NCBI RefSeq assembly: GCF_036321535.1
Contig: NC_087436.1
Location: 50,470,001 to 50,534,000 of the forward strand
Length of the DNA stretch: 64,000 nt
Reading direction: 5' to 3'
Origin: Camelus dromedarius
Lineage: Eukaryota
Both the position numbers and the translations under genes were made by a program. Each line of letters begins with the position of its first letter. The first letter of the stretch is position 1. A model generated the notes under the pieces. That model saw only the letters and a list, made by a program, of their open reading frames with translations, was not told where the DNA came from and made no database searches. This document shows positions 51,430 through 64,000 of this stretch, one piece after another.

Positions 51430-52810
51430 TGGTATTTTATTGAAATACAGTTAATGTACAGTATTATGTTAGTTTTAAATGTACTGAATAGTGATTTGAT
51501 ATTGGCATACATTATGAAATGATCACCACTGCCTGTCCCTGATAAAATCATTACAGTATTATTGATCATATGCCATTTGCTAGACATTACAGCCCCATGG
51601 CTTATTTATTTTATAACTGGAGGTTATAATTATAACTCTTAATTCCCTTAATCTATTTCACCTACCCTTGAACACCCTCCCCTCTGGAAACCACTCATTT
51701 GTTCTATGTACCTATGATTTTAGGTTTTTTTGTTGTTGTTGTTAAGATTCTACATATAAGTGAGATCATATGGTATTTGCCTTTCTCTGTCTGATTTATT
51801 TTATTTGGCATAATACATCCCCTCTGATCCATCCATGTTGTCACATATGGCAAGATTTCATTTTTTATGACTGAGTAATATCTCATATATATACTTACAT
51901 ATATACACTTCACATCTTCTTTATCCATTCATCTATCCATGAATACTTAGGTTGCTTCCATATCTTGACTATTGTAAATAAGGCCTTATTAATTATTGTA
52001 ATAATGTAAACATGGGGGTACATAAATCTTTTCTAATTAGCGTTTTCATTTTCTTCAGATAAATACTTTACTGGAACTGCTGAATCATATAGTAGTTCTA
52101 ATTTTAATTTTTTGAGGAATCTCCATAATGTGTTTCATACTGGCTGTACCAATTTACATTCTCACTCTCAGTGCACAAATGTTCCCTTTTCTCTACATTT
52201 TTGCCTTATTCCTTGCTTTTTGATAACAGCCATTCTAACAGACATGAGGTGATATATCATTGTGTTTTTATTTGCATTTCCCTGATTCTTTATGATGTTG
52301 AACATCTTTCCATGTGCCTGTTTGCCATCTGTATGTCTTCTTTAGAAAAATGTCTATTCAGATCCTCTGCCCATTTTTAATCAGGTTTTTTGGCTTTTTG
52401 ATGTTGAGTTGTATGAGTTCTTTGTATATTTTGGATATTAACCCCTTATTGAATATAGTTTACAAATATTTTCTCCCATTCAATAGGCAAGTTTTTTGTT
52501 TTGTTGACAATTTGCTCTGCAAAAGCTTTTTAGTTTGATGTAGTCCCATTTGTTTATCTTTGCTTTTATTTCCCTTAGCCATAGAGAAATAACCAAAAAA
52601 ATTTGCTAAGATTGATGCCAAAGGTTTCAAGTCTTACATTTAAGTCTTTAATCCACTTTGAGTTTATTTTAGTACATGGTGTGAGAAAGTGGTCCAGTCT
52701 GATTCTTTTGCATGTGGCTGTCCAGTTTCCCAACATCATTTATTAAAGAGACTGCCTTTTCCCCATATATATTCTTGCCTCCTTTGTCATAGAATAATTG
52801 TCCATATAAG
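51430..52810 (-). mobile_element. L1 (L1MA-like) ORF2 3' part and 3'UTR
   Basis: ORF 51704 YYSVIKNEILPYVTTWMD...KYHMISLIC; 3' end at about 51435. Confidence 0.85.
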
Positions 52811-52859
52811 AGGTAGCTCTTATTAACATGGAAATTAAATTTCATTATAAGAACTTCAA

Positions 52860-53232
52860 AGGTGTGGTTGTTCAGTCTGGGATGCTTTTTGCCCAGATGT
52901 CTACATCCCCTCTTTCAAGCCTTTGTGACAAATTCCCTTATGGTTAGAACTTTATTGAGGACTCCATTTAAAATTATAAACTCTACTTACTCTTATGATA
53001 TCCTGGCTCCTTTTTGTCCTTCTCTGTTCTTCATCACAGTACTTATTTCCATTGATATAAAATATATTTTATTTATTTGTTTGCTATCATTATCTATCTA
53101 GTAGAGTGTATGTTTCATGAGGGCATGGATTTTTTTCTAAGCTTTTCTCTAATTTTTATTACTATAACCATAGCACTTAGAATAGAACCTGCCACATATT
53201 ACACACTCAAGAAATATTTATTGAATGAATAA
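52860..53232 (+). mobile_element. L2 3' remnant
   Basis: tagcacttagaatagaacctgccacata...ctcaagaaatatttattgaatgaataaa. Confidence 0.7.
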
Positions 53233-53749
53233 AGATATTTTTGAGATTCCAAAGCCCGATTTTTACTGCAGTTAAATAATCCTGAATGTTTTTCCATAGA
53301 GATTTTCAAAGAGCCTGACTGAGTCATTAGAAATTATATAAAACGAAGCAAAATAGACAAAAAGAAATGTCAGAATTCTTAGCCATATCTAGATCCATTA
53401 AAGTCAAAAAGCTATTTCAGGTACAAAGACAAAAGAACAAAACACAACTAACTTAACAGCAGCAACTACAATTTCTAATCTAGTGTTCCAGATACATACC
53501 ATCTTGATTTTATATTTCAGAAAAGAGACACAGGGAAGTCATAATAAAAACATTTCTAGCTCATTGCCTTTTCTCTCCTTTTCCTTTATTTTATTCAACA
53601 GAACAGACAAACCTCTTAGAAAATGAACAAAGCTTTGTGGGTTTTTTTTCCTGAAACCTTTAACTTCTCACCATGGAATAATTCTGGGAATAGAAATAGG
53701 TATCAAGACAGACTTCCCTTCACTCTGGTATGGGCTTTCAGTCAGCCTG

Positions 53750-54450
53750 ATGTACTGAAAAGAGTGCAGGTTTCATAATTAAACACAGCTATGTCTGAAT
53801 CCCAGCTCTCATCACATGTGAGATGCTGGACAAGTCAGTAAACCTCTCCAATCTTTGGTTTCTTCATTTATAAAATCAAGATATGAAATTTGCATGGGTG
53901 TTGTAATGAATAAAGGCAATGTATGTGAACTCTCTGGCCCATACCAGGTACTCAGGAAGAGTCTCTTTTATTACTATTGAGATCAACTTCATAATAACAA
54001 GCTCTAAGAGGTGGTCCTTTGCTACAAACTTCTGTTGTGTTAAATATTACTGGCTTTCATTTGTCATTCTCTATCACATAAAATTAAAGTGAGGTATAAT
54101 AATTTTAAGCTTTTTTCCTGGCCTCTTCCCAACAAAATGGGAGAAAATTTCATCTTAAGGACTGTTCAGAAAAGCTGGCAGCAAGTTGTTTTTAGATAAT
54201 TTGCTTTACTACAATACATCACAGTAGAGAATGAATTCTAGAGTCACCACAGCTAAGTGAGAACACTGACTCTAGACTCTATTTGAGTGACTTTGGGCAA
54301 CTCACTTAACCACCATCTGCATCAGTTTCTTCTTTGTGAAACAGAGCTAGCGCATAATAGTTTTGAGAGGATTAAATGAAGCGATGTATGCAAACTGCCT
54401 AGAACAATGCCTGGAAGAGAATAAACATTCAACAGATGTTACTTATTAAT
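53750..54450 (+). mobile_element. Two MIR SINEs (about 53750-53980 and 54210-54450)
   Basis: gaatcccagctct...ggacaagtcagtaaacctctc...tttcttcatttataaaat; gtgactttgggcaactcacttaac...cagtttct...gaggattaaatga. Confidence 0.75.
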
Positions 54451-54974
54451 ACTCTGAAAACATAAACGTAGAAATAAACTGCATAATTTCAAATTTCAGA
54501 TGAGTTTTTATTGCCTATTTATTTATGTCATATGTACATTTCTTTCTAACTCAAAAACCAGAAACTAACATAAATAATTTTTCACAAGTAGAATACATAA
54601 ACATATTATCCTTGTAATCCTTATTTTTTCCAGGGGTAGGAAGAGCAAAAAGTTTACCTAAATTACTAAACAAGGTAGAAATTCTAGATTTTAACTAATT
54701 CTGTATATAATTCTATATTCTCTGTGGAAGTTTTTAAAATGTTTTTGATATTATTTTTATTTGAAATACTTCAGAAAAATGTGAAAGCTTAATGTCAATT
54801 CTCTACAAAATTCAAAACTAAATTATCTATCACATGATCAACAGATGATTGAAAAGTAAAAGGCAATTACAATGAGATAACAAGTGTTTGTCAGGAACAA
54901 ATGAGGCCAAATTATTCTATTTTTTCCATTGGTAAGTTTCCTTCTGAAGTGAGAAAGAGGAGAATCTTAATAAT

Positions 54975-55775
54975 TTTGTTGTATTTTGGATTTTTAACAA
55001 GACATTTGACAAAATATTTAATATTATTTCTATAAATACAGTAGGAAAATGTGACCTTAGTGAAACAACTATGTAGGTGAATTTGCAGTGACTGAAAACC
55101 GTCATCCAAAGCTGGACTCCTGTACACAATGGTGCATTTGAACCTATGTGAATACATATCCAGATTTGTGCACTGCACAACCTGTGCAACTAAGCATAGA
55201 GGCACTGAATTGTTAGTTTCTTCATCTATAAATTTAAAGGGATTTTTACCATGATCACAAGTTTGACATCAACCTAAAAGGAGTCTCTAATGAAACACAG
55301 TAGTTCTTAAACTGTGGCTTTTTCTTGCTTCATGTTTTAAAATCAATTACTTGGGTGAAAACATGGAAAGTATTCTTAACAAATTTTCAGAAGGGCAGTA
55401 CTGGGATAAGAGCTAATAAATCAAAAAAGGAAATCAAGATCCAAAAAGATCTGAACAAGTTGAGTCATTGGTACACAGCAACCAAGATGAAATTTAATAG
55501 TAATTATGGTATTTTGTATCCTGGACTTCAAAAAATCAACTGTACTAGTCTTGAGGAAAAAACCCAGCTTGGCAGCAGTTCTTATGAAAAACCCCTAAGG
55601 CTTTTAGTTGACTTCAAGCTCAATATGAGACAAAAGCGTAATAATGGGCTTTGCAAAAGAGCTAATGCAATCTCAGGTGGTATTAATAGAAGTATATTGT
55701 GCAGAACCTAGTTACTAACAGTAGCAGCATAGTCTTCACTCATGAAGCATTTGTCCAGTTCTGGGTATCAGGTGA
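54975..55775 (+). mobile_element. L3/CR1 LINE RT remnant with a MER91-like hAT insert (about 55111-55207)
   Basis: ORF 55325..55711 IQKDLNKLSHW..TKMKFN...LGSSSYEK.L..LVDFKLNM...KRANAI.G.INRSI matches CR1 ORF2 motifs. Upstream gatttttaacaagacatttgacaaa resembles DFSKAFDK. The insert contains tgtgcactgcacaac. Confidence 0.8.
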
Positions 55776-57296
55776 CAATATACATTAATTGGAAAGGAAA
55801 GCACTAAATCATGTTAAAGCTAAATTGCTGTCAACATTATTTTCACAGTTTGCTTTAAACAATTTATACAATTATTTCCTTAATTTTTATGCTTCAATGA
55901 ATTAAATCACCACTTAAATGTATTTTTAACAAAAACTTTTATATCACTGCCATAAAAGGAAATACAGCATCACTTCTACAAACCAAAAAGTAACCATTAA
56001 AAAAGGAATGAAAATTAAATTGTGCTGTTAAATTTTAGTTGCCAAAGCCCAGAGTTTGAGACATACTCTCTCTATATAAAAAGTTACATTATGTAGGGCT
56101 AATTGTTAAATATATGCTGCCATCAAACTGAGATTCTTTCTTTACTAATTGGAGGAATTGTAAAGTTCAAAAATCTCTTATTTTGATTTTTTTTAAGGTC
56201 ATGTGCCTCAGATATATACTATCTAAAATTATCTCCTTTAACTTGTAATGTTAGGTATGTATGTACCTTCACTTTGGGTATGTAGGTATGTACCTTCACT
56301 TTGGGAAATTGAATTAAAACTACCTGGTCTACTGGACTATTACAGTCTGGAGATTGTAATCTGGAGATGACTAGAAACACAGGAGAGCTCCTTACTCAAA
56401 TATATGTACCCTGAATAATTTGAAAATTATATGGATATAAGTATCTATTTGTTAATGGTGCTGTCCCTTATAGTGATTTATCTCCTCCTGGTGACATCTA
56501 TCATTATGTTATGTCTCAAGGAACAACAGAACATATATATGTCCATGAAAGACAGTGGGAAGGAATAGGGAGGAGTAAGAAAACCAAAAAAGATCTATGG
56601 TTTCTACTCTGTGGTAATCCTCCTTAACTCCCTCTTAAACATTAATTTATCATTAACATATGTGTTCTGAAGAGTCTGATATATCTTTGGAATTCAATGT
56701 CCTCAAAATGCCTGAAAACAATTCATTTTCCAATCCAAGTTAGTATGTTGGCTCTATTATAATCCTAATAATTGGGATATAAAATTTCTACAGGATAAAA
56801 TGTTCTCACCTCACCAATCCTCAATACACCTCATTAAGTATATTAGTTTTTCTCAACTTAAGTTCAGTGTCTTCTGAACTTGTTCAAAGGCTGAAATTTA
56901 AGTTACCCTAATTGTCTAGTGGTCAACAGATAAATCAGAGTGTAAGATATGTGAAAACAGCCTATTGTGACTCTAAGGAAGGGCTTCATTTTCACATCAA
57001 ATATTCAGCACTAACACAGTGTCATATACACAATAAGTGGTTGAAATGAATTATTAATTTTCCATATTATGCAAGGAACAACAAGTTTGATTAGAAACAA
57101 GTAGTAGTACAGACCAGGGAGGGAAAAAAATAACACTTATTCAATGTCTGCTGTATAGCAAGGACTTCCCCAAAATTCTCTTAATATCCAGTCAAGAGTT
57201 CCGTAAGTGAAAAAAACAAGACAGAATTGGTAGAGCTGAAGTAATTTGCTCAAGGTCATAGAGTCAGTAAATAGCAGGGTAGAAATTAAACCCAAC

Positions 57297-57635
57297 CTGG
57301 AGGTTGCCAGGGTTGGGAGGGTAAGGGAAACAAGGAGATGTGGATCAAATGGTACAAACTTTCAGTTATAAGATGAATACTTTCTGGGGATGTAATGTAC
57401 AGCATGGTGACTATAGTTAACAGTAATGTATTACATACCTGAAAGTTGCTAAAAGAGTAGATCTTAAATGTTCTCATCACTCTTCCCCCCAAAAAGGTAA
57501 TTATGTGAGATGATGGAAGTGCTAACTAACTTTATTGTAGTAATTATTTCTCAGTGTACACATGTATCAAATCATCATGTTGAATACTTAACGTTATATA
57601 TCAATTATATCCCAATAGAGCTGGAAAAAAACTAA
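57297..57635 (+). mobile_element. L1MA-type 3' end, adjoining a - strand MIR (about 57130-57296)
   Basis: ggtacaaactttcagttataagatgaata...gatgtaatgtacagcatggtgactatagttaa...gtcaattatatc-like terminus and A tail. Confidence 0.85.
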
Positions 57636-57694
57636 AAAAAAAATCTGAGAGGCGGCAAAAATTATCTGAGATTCAACCACAGCACAATTTATTC

Positions 57695-57697
<3 letters not shown>

Positions 57698-57745
<48 letters not shown>
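57698..57745. repeat. (TAA)16 microsatellite
   Basis: Read directly. Confidence 0.95.
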
Positions 57746-57746
<1 letters not shown>

Positions 57747-58936
57747 CCTCAGCATAACTTTATCATCAGACATCCTCAAATAAGATTCCTAGCTATATCT
57801 CAAAACTTGGCAGGTCATGAGTTTTTAAGGATGTGACACGTAATAAGGACAGCATCAGTGTCCAGCAGTTGTTGCTTGTATGAATGATTATAGATAAATA
57901 CAATCCATAATATGAGAATTGCTGACAATGTCTAATGAAAATTATTTAAGTTGTAATGGATATGCAAAAAATATGAAATATGTTATATCAGTATTCTAAT
58001 TACTCTCAACTTTCCATGTTTTCATAGCAATACTGGAGCAAGTGTAATTAGTAAGTATGATACATTTTCTTATACATGCAATTTCCTTAACTAATATACA
58101 CCACAAACCACATACAATACTGAGCCTCTCAAACATTTCAAAAAAACCAGAAACTGTATTTGGGTAAACTATGTGATCGAAAACTAAATAGAAGTCAGGT
58201 TAGGTAAAATATAAACTTTCTAAAAGATTAGTTTTTCCAGATATATATATATATACCAGACATTCTCTGCCAGTAATACAATTTTAAAAAGAAAAGAAAA
58301 TAACATTTTTATTGTAGATAAGATTTATCCTCTGTAAACTATGAAGAAAGAAATACAAGTTTTCTCTCTGGAATGACACTATGACACAGACAAGTACAGA
58401 AAAAAATGCTTCAAAAGAATTGCCAGGTTTATGCTTTCATGATTTTATTATTTCTGGTTTTATGTTTATAAAATATTTTAATAAGTCACCAACTGTAGTA
58501 AAGAATTTGCTTTGTCCATCTTTTCCGCAAAGAGAAACTGGATGAGAGATTATGTACTATCTCTAAACCTGTCAAGTCAGCACTATTAAAACTTATTAAT
58601 AAACATTCATCATAGAGTGCTGAACAGGTTCACAAAAGAAGAGAAGAGTAAGGAAAACCTGAAGCCATTTTCACTTATAAGTCAACAAATACCAGTTATA
58701 AATTGAGTGAATCTCAGCTTAAAAATACTGTTGAGAACACAAAAACTTCATGTGATACACAATCTCTCTACTCAATCATTTTAATTTTCTGAGAAATTTT
58801 TAAAGACATAAAAAAAGAGTGAGCAATATGAGCATGCAATTATATTAAATGTAAATATTGTGTTAATGGCTCTAAGCAAAGGTCAATGAACAAATAGATT
58901 ACTAGCTTCCACTCTTCTTGAAAAGTAGAGAGTTAC

Positions 58937-58982
58937 CTTAAGACTATATTTTGGTTTATGATGCACAAAAGATGAAGGAACT
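58937..58982 (-). other. Candidate 46-nt exon
   Basis: Strong acceptor TTTCAGCTTTTCTCTCTTTCAG|, donor AAG|GTAACT. Two frames open. Confidence 0.25.
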
Positions 58983-60049
58983 CTGAAAGAGAGAAAAGCT
59001 GAAATCTGTGAGGAATTACCTCAACAGAAGACAGAAATAAAGTCAGAGAACTGATTTGATTAGTAGCCACAGATGGTAGCCAGGAAGAGGTACAGAAGAA
59101 TTTACCCAGAGTGACTGACTGCCCAGAGTACTACACACATCCAAGAGGGGCTTACAACTCCAAATATTTCAAATGTATTACTAAATACATATCAATTAAA
59201 GTCTGTGGATGAAAGTGGCCTGGAATAAGTAAATAACAATAAGAATTAGGGTGGAGAGTATCAAATGTTATGAAAGTCTGTGTTTATCCTGTTAAAAACA
59301 CTGTAAGAAATATTTCTCTTACTATTTAATTTTGCTGTTTACCATGGTGTTTTGTAATTTTAGATAAAAAGAAAAAAATTAATCTTTATTTTTAAGGAAA
59401 CCACTGAATGAATGAGACTAAAATACCAATCACCTGTTTGAGACAACATAGTTTATTCCAGAAAAACCTTAAAAACTTTAAATGCTAGTACTAGAAAGCA
59501 AAAAGCTAAAATGTAACCACATGTACTACAAGAGACATAAATATCCAAGAATAGACATCATATGAAGACAGTGGCTGACCTATTCTGTATTTTATTTTTG
59601 CTGACATTTATTACCACAATTTAATCGAACTTTTCACTGAAGCTACCATCTTCCAGTCCAGAAATGTTAACCCCAAAAAATTACTTCTAAAATATTTGAA
59701 TGAAAATAAGGACAGATTAACCACTCAACACAAAAGGTAAACCTGATGAATACTAGAAAAATCAAGTATATTTTCTAAGGATACAATGTATTCAAATAGT
59801 CTCCAATATACAAAAGATCAAAATTCCATTCAATAAGTATTTATTCAGTGTATATCTTTTTATGTGTTATGGCATGTATATTACAGTCAAACTCATGCAT
59901 CTCTAGTCATCCAGCATGTGCACTTTAAGTAGCAATTCAAAATTGATGATATAGGAAGAATAAAAACTAAACTAAATTAAAAAAAAGTAGAGCCACTATA
60001 TCAATAAAAAGCTGACACTAGGACAAAAATTTTTAAGTATTTTTTTAAA

Positions 60050-60833
60050 TACTAAATAACTTAATACAACAGGAAGAACATAAATGAATGAAATAAATGA
60101 CAAGGGCAAAATAACCATAAATTTAAATAAATGATTTAAAATCTTAAGTAACTACTTTGCACAATAAACAAATCTTAAAAGTATGAAATGCAGAATTTTG
60201 TAGCAAATTACAATTTAACATAACTGATGAAAGAAGAAATGTAAAAGTCTAAAAAAGTCAATTTCCATCAAAGAAATAGGAAAAAACTATAAATGAACTA
60301 CCCCGAAAAAGAGGACCAGGCCTAAATGATTCTGTGGAGAATTCTACTAAATATTTTAAGATCATACAATTCCAAAGCTATTTTAAAGTGTTTCATAGCA
60401 TATAAAAGAGAGAAAAATGAGAATTCAATTTAAAGGTTCAGGGATAATAATACTGATACCCAAATTTACAAAGTTTACACAGGAAAAAAAAAAACTACAC
60501 ACCAATCCCATCTCTGCTTACCAATGTAAATTTTAAATTATGTATTGGCAAATGAAACCCAGTAGTACACTAGAAAGAAAACACAGGATGAGCAAGTAAG
60601 TTTTATTCCAGGAATGCAGAAATCCTTCAATATTATGAAACCTATTAATAGCTCAAAGGAGAGGAAAATCATGCAAATATCTCCACAGGTGCTGAAAAGG
60701 CATTTAGCCAAATTTAACAACAATTCTAGATTTTAAAAAAGAAGAAAATAGTCAATAAAACAGGACTTTGTTATTTGTTCTTCTGCATTATTTAGTCTGG
60801 CATTTGTTGTCTTTTAAAAAAAGAATATATATA

Positions 60834-60868
<35 letters not shown>

Positions 60869-61085
60869 CACTATGCTGTACACCAGAAACTAACACAACA
60901 TGGTAAATTGACTATACTTCAATTTAAAAAAAATTTTTTAAATAAAAATAAAGCAAACAAGACTCACTGGATGCTTCTTTAATTTGCTATTCTTCTTAAT
61001 AGGAGAACATTAGATGAATTTCTGCACTAGTCAGGAATAAGGCCGTTTGCTTATTATTATCATTGCTATTTAACATTTTAAGGGA
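60050..61085 (+). mobile_element. Very old L1 ORF2 remnant with a nested short L1 3' end carrying (TA)n(TG)n (about 60815-60950)
   Basis: ccaggcctaaatgattctgtggagaattctac, tttattccaggaatgcag, gctgaaaaggcattt. Insert: gaatcactatgctgtacaccagaaactaacacaac...tatacttcaatttaaaaaaaa. Confidence 0.7.
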
Positions 61086-61471
61086 GTCAGAGGATCAGAT
61101 ACGCATTCCAAAAAGCATCTACCAACACCAATGAGGAGAATGAATTGGTAGCAGGACAGAGAATTCTATAGGCTAAAAAACAATTAGAAGCCTGTTGCAA
61201 TCATTCAAGAATAAAATGGCAAGTGCCCAAACCAATGTAGCAATAAGAGGAATGGAGAATCACAAGCTTTAAATTTTTTTAAGGAAATCAACTTAATAAG
61301 ATTTAATCATTGATGAAATATAGAGATGAGTCTAAGATTTTGGCTTGGGCTAAGTGGTGCATCATAGGTTATTTATTAAGACAGAGAACACAGGAGCACA
61401 TCTGCATAAGAAAACAACTTCAATTTTTAAAAACTTGAGTAAAGGAGATAGTGAAAACCAAAGAGGGTCTA

Positions 61472-61808
61472 CAGTCATTCCATGGTATCCTCAGAGGATT
61501 GGTTCTTCCAGGATACTCCAGGATACTAAAACCTGAGGATGCTCTAGAACCTTATATAAAATGGCACAATATTTGCATAAAATCTATGTACATCCTCCCA
61601 TATACTTTAAATCATCTCTAGATTACTCATAATACCTAATACAATGTAAATGCTATGAAAATATTTGTACATACTATAGAAATAGTTGCCAATGTGTAGC
61701 AAATTCCAGTTTTGTTTTTGAAATTCTCTGGAATTTTTTTTCAAGTATTTTCCATCTCCAGTTGGTTAAATCTGCATATCTGGAATGGGTGAATACAGAG
61801 AGCCAATA
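61472..61808. mobile_element. MER2-like TcMar-Tigger element
   Basis: TA|CAGTCATTCCATGGTATCC...ccttatataaaatggc...atactttaaatcatctctagattac..ataatacctaatacaatgtaaatgcta. Confidence 0.85.
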
Positions 61809-62027
61809 CACAGGTTCAGGAGCGATTCCAATCTGAGATCTCTAAATTGCTTTATCATCTTTGTATTTAACCCTCATGACAATCTCATAAGATCCTGACA
61901 AATGAGGAAATAATTGGTAAATTACAGAAGTCTGACCAATAAAGAGAGGTACTGATGGAAGCAGTACCTAATCATGAGCAGGATGGAAACAATAAGAGAA
62001 AAGAATAAAAACAACAAAAAATTAACA

Positions 62028-62505
62028 ATGCCCATTTTTTTGACTGGGTTGTTTGTTTTTTTGGTTATTGAATTGTATGAGCTGTTTGTATATTCTGGAA
62101 ACTAAGCCCCTGTCAGTCACATTGTTTGCAAATATTTTCTCCCATTTCATAGGTTGTTTTTTCGTTTTTTTTATATAGCTTCTTTTGCTGTGCAAAAGCT
62201 TTTCAATTTAATTAGGTCTTATTTGTTTATTTTTGGTTTTGTTTCTATTGCCTTGGTAGAACATTGCTGAGATTAATATCAGAGAATGTTTGCCTATGTT
62301 CTCTTCTAGGAGGTTTATGGTGTCCTGTCTTGAGTCTTTAAGCCACTTTGAGTTAATTTTTCTGTATGATGTGAGGGAGTGTTCTAACTTCATTGATTTA
62401 CATGCGGCTGTGCGTCTTTTTCAACACTACTTGTCAAAGAAACTGTCTTTTCTTCGTTGTATATTTTTGCCTCCTTTATTGAGGATTAATTGACTGTATG
62501 TGTAG
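62028..62505 (-). mobile_element. L1 ORF2 internal fragment without 3'UTR
   Basis: ORF 62208 [33 protein letters not shown]. Confidence 0.85.
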
Positions 62506-62995
62506 GAATAATTCTTTTTTAAAATCTAATAGAGAAGAAATAGCTCTGAAGTAAGTCAGGCAAGATATAAAACCCATGTTGGATGTGGACTCATTTCTGC
62601 TGATTCACTGTGAGAAACAACATAGTCAAGAGGTAGTGGAATTCAGCTTGAGCAATCTTAAAACTCTACTTAGGAAATGGAGGGTTTGGGGGACAGGTAG
62701 TGCTGCTGCTTCCGCATATAGTGAGGATCATGGTTTTGGAAATGAAAGCTGAACAGCAGATATATAGATGTCACTCAAGAATAAGGTTTGCTAATTCATA
62801 GCCCTACTGTGCAAGTCTAGTGGAGAACATTTAGATGAGGGAGAAAAAGAAACAATGATTCATTATAGATTCCCCCATAGAAAAAAGGAGTGACACTGCC
62901 CTGACACAGGTTACAAGTCCAGCACGAAGGCAAGAGATAGTTGTGATGTAGTGTTTCAATAATCTGGATATCTGCTAAAAGTCAAATTCTTTAAA

Positions 62996-63098
<103 letters not shown>

Positions 63099-63469
63099 CT
63101 CTGCCTCAGAAATTCTCTCTCTCTCTCCCCTCCATTTCTTGCCTTTCTGATAATATTCTCATGCACAAAACTGAACAAATATGCTAAACTGCTATTAACG
63201 TTCTACTTTGGACTTGTTTATGATATGGATATGACAAAAATTTAGGTAGGAAAGGACCTTTTCATTTTGGAATAAATAATAGCAGAGGAAGGAGATACTG
63301 AACATACTGGCATAGTCGAACTGCAGATTCAAAATCTATTGAGAAATAAAAGGAGAGAATAGTATGATGATCTCAAAGTTTTAAACACAAACATTACAGA
63401 AGTCACATCAAGCCTTAAAATAGCTCTAGAAAGATTTACACCAAAATGTCCCGAAATTTGGGGAAACAT

Positions 63470-63745
63470 GACTCATAGACATAAATACAAACTTGTGGTT
63501 GCCAGGGGGATGGGGGGAGGGAAGGGACTGGGATTGCAAAATGTAGAATAGATAAACAAGATTGTACTGTGCAGCATAGAGAAATATATACAGGATCTTG
63601 TGGGGGCTCACAGAGAAAGAGAATGTGACAATGAATGTTTGTTCACGTATAACTGAAAAACTGTGCTCTACACTGGAATTTGACACAACATTGTAAAATG
63701 ACTATAACTCAATAAAAAAAAGTTTATATATATTAAAAAAAAAAC
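63470..63745 (+). mobile_element. 3'UTR-only copy of the young camelid L1 family
   Basis: Matches 11390-11660 (cttgtggttgccaggggg...tagaatagataaacaagatt...tgacacaacattgtaaaatga.tataa.tcaataaaaaa). Confidence 0.9.
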
Positions 63746-64000
63746 AAGTGGGATATTTTTACCTAATTCCAAGGAAATAATAAAGAAAGGATGTCTATTT
63801 CCCCACTGGAGGTAGATAATAGAATGTTAATGAATCATAAAAGAAAGGGAGGAAGATTCATTAAGTGATTTCATTTTCATCTTCTCCAAGGAGTACAATC
63901 TGTATGAATGTGATACCCCAACTTGCCTGAGCTGCTCAGACACCAACTACAAATTCTAAACAAAGTCTGGGGGCCTAATGAGGCAGGACAAGTAGTCCTT

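Overview
AT-rich, CpG-poor mammalian genomic DNA. It is almost certainly camelid (alpaca, llama or camel), judged from two tRNA-derived Vic-1-type SINEs and a young L1 family present in three copies. I find no complete protein-coding gene, RNA gene, CRISPR array or prokaryote-type system. The long ORFs in the track are L1 ORF2 remnants, their antisense shadows, one CR1/L3 RT remnant, or microsatellite and chance ORFs. Much of the window is interspersed repeat: L1s of several ages, L2, L3/CR1, MIR, MaLR/ERVL LTRs, and hAT and Tigger fossils. The + strand looks A-rich and most L1s lie on +, which suggests (inference) an intron of a large gene transcribed on the - strand. Several short - strand segments have good splice signals, but I cannot assign them to a gene. 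The best-supported oddities are retrotransposition footprints: a target-site duplication (TSD) of at least 46 bp, a poly(A)-only insertion with a 16-bp TSD, a twin-priming 5' inversion, an inverted pair of young L1s and nested insertions. There is also a (TG)22(CG)11 Z-DNA-prone tract. I cannot support a novel biological system from this sequence. Repeat names and old-repeat boundaries are by eye and approximate.
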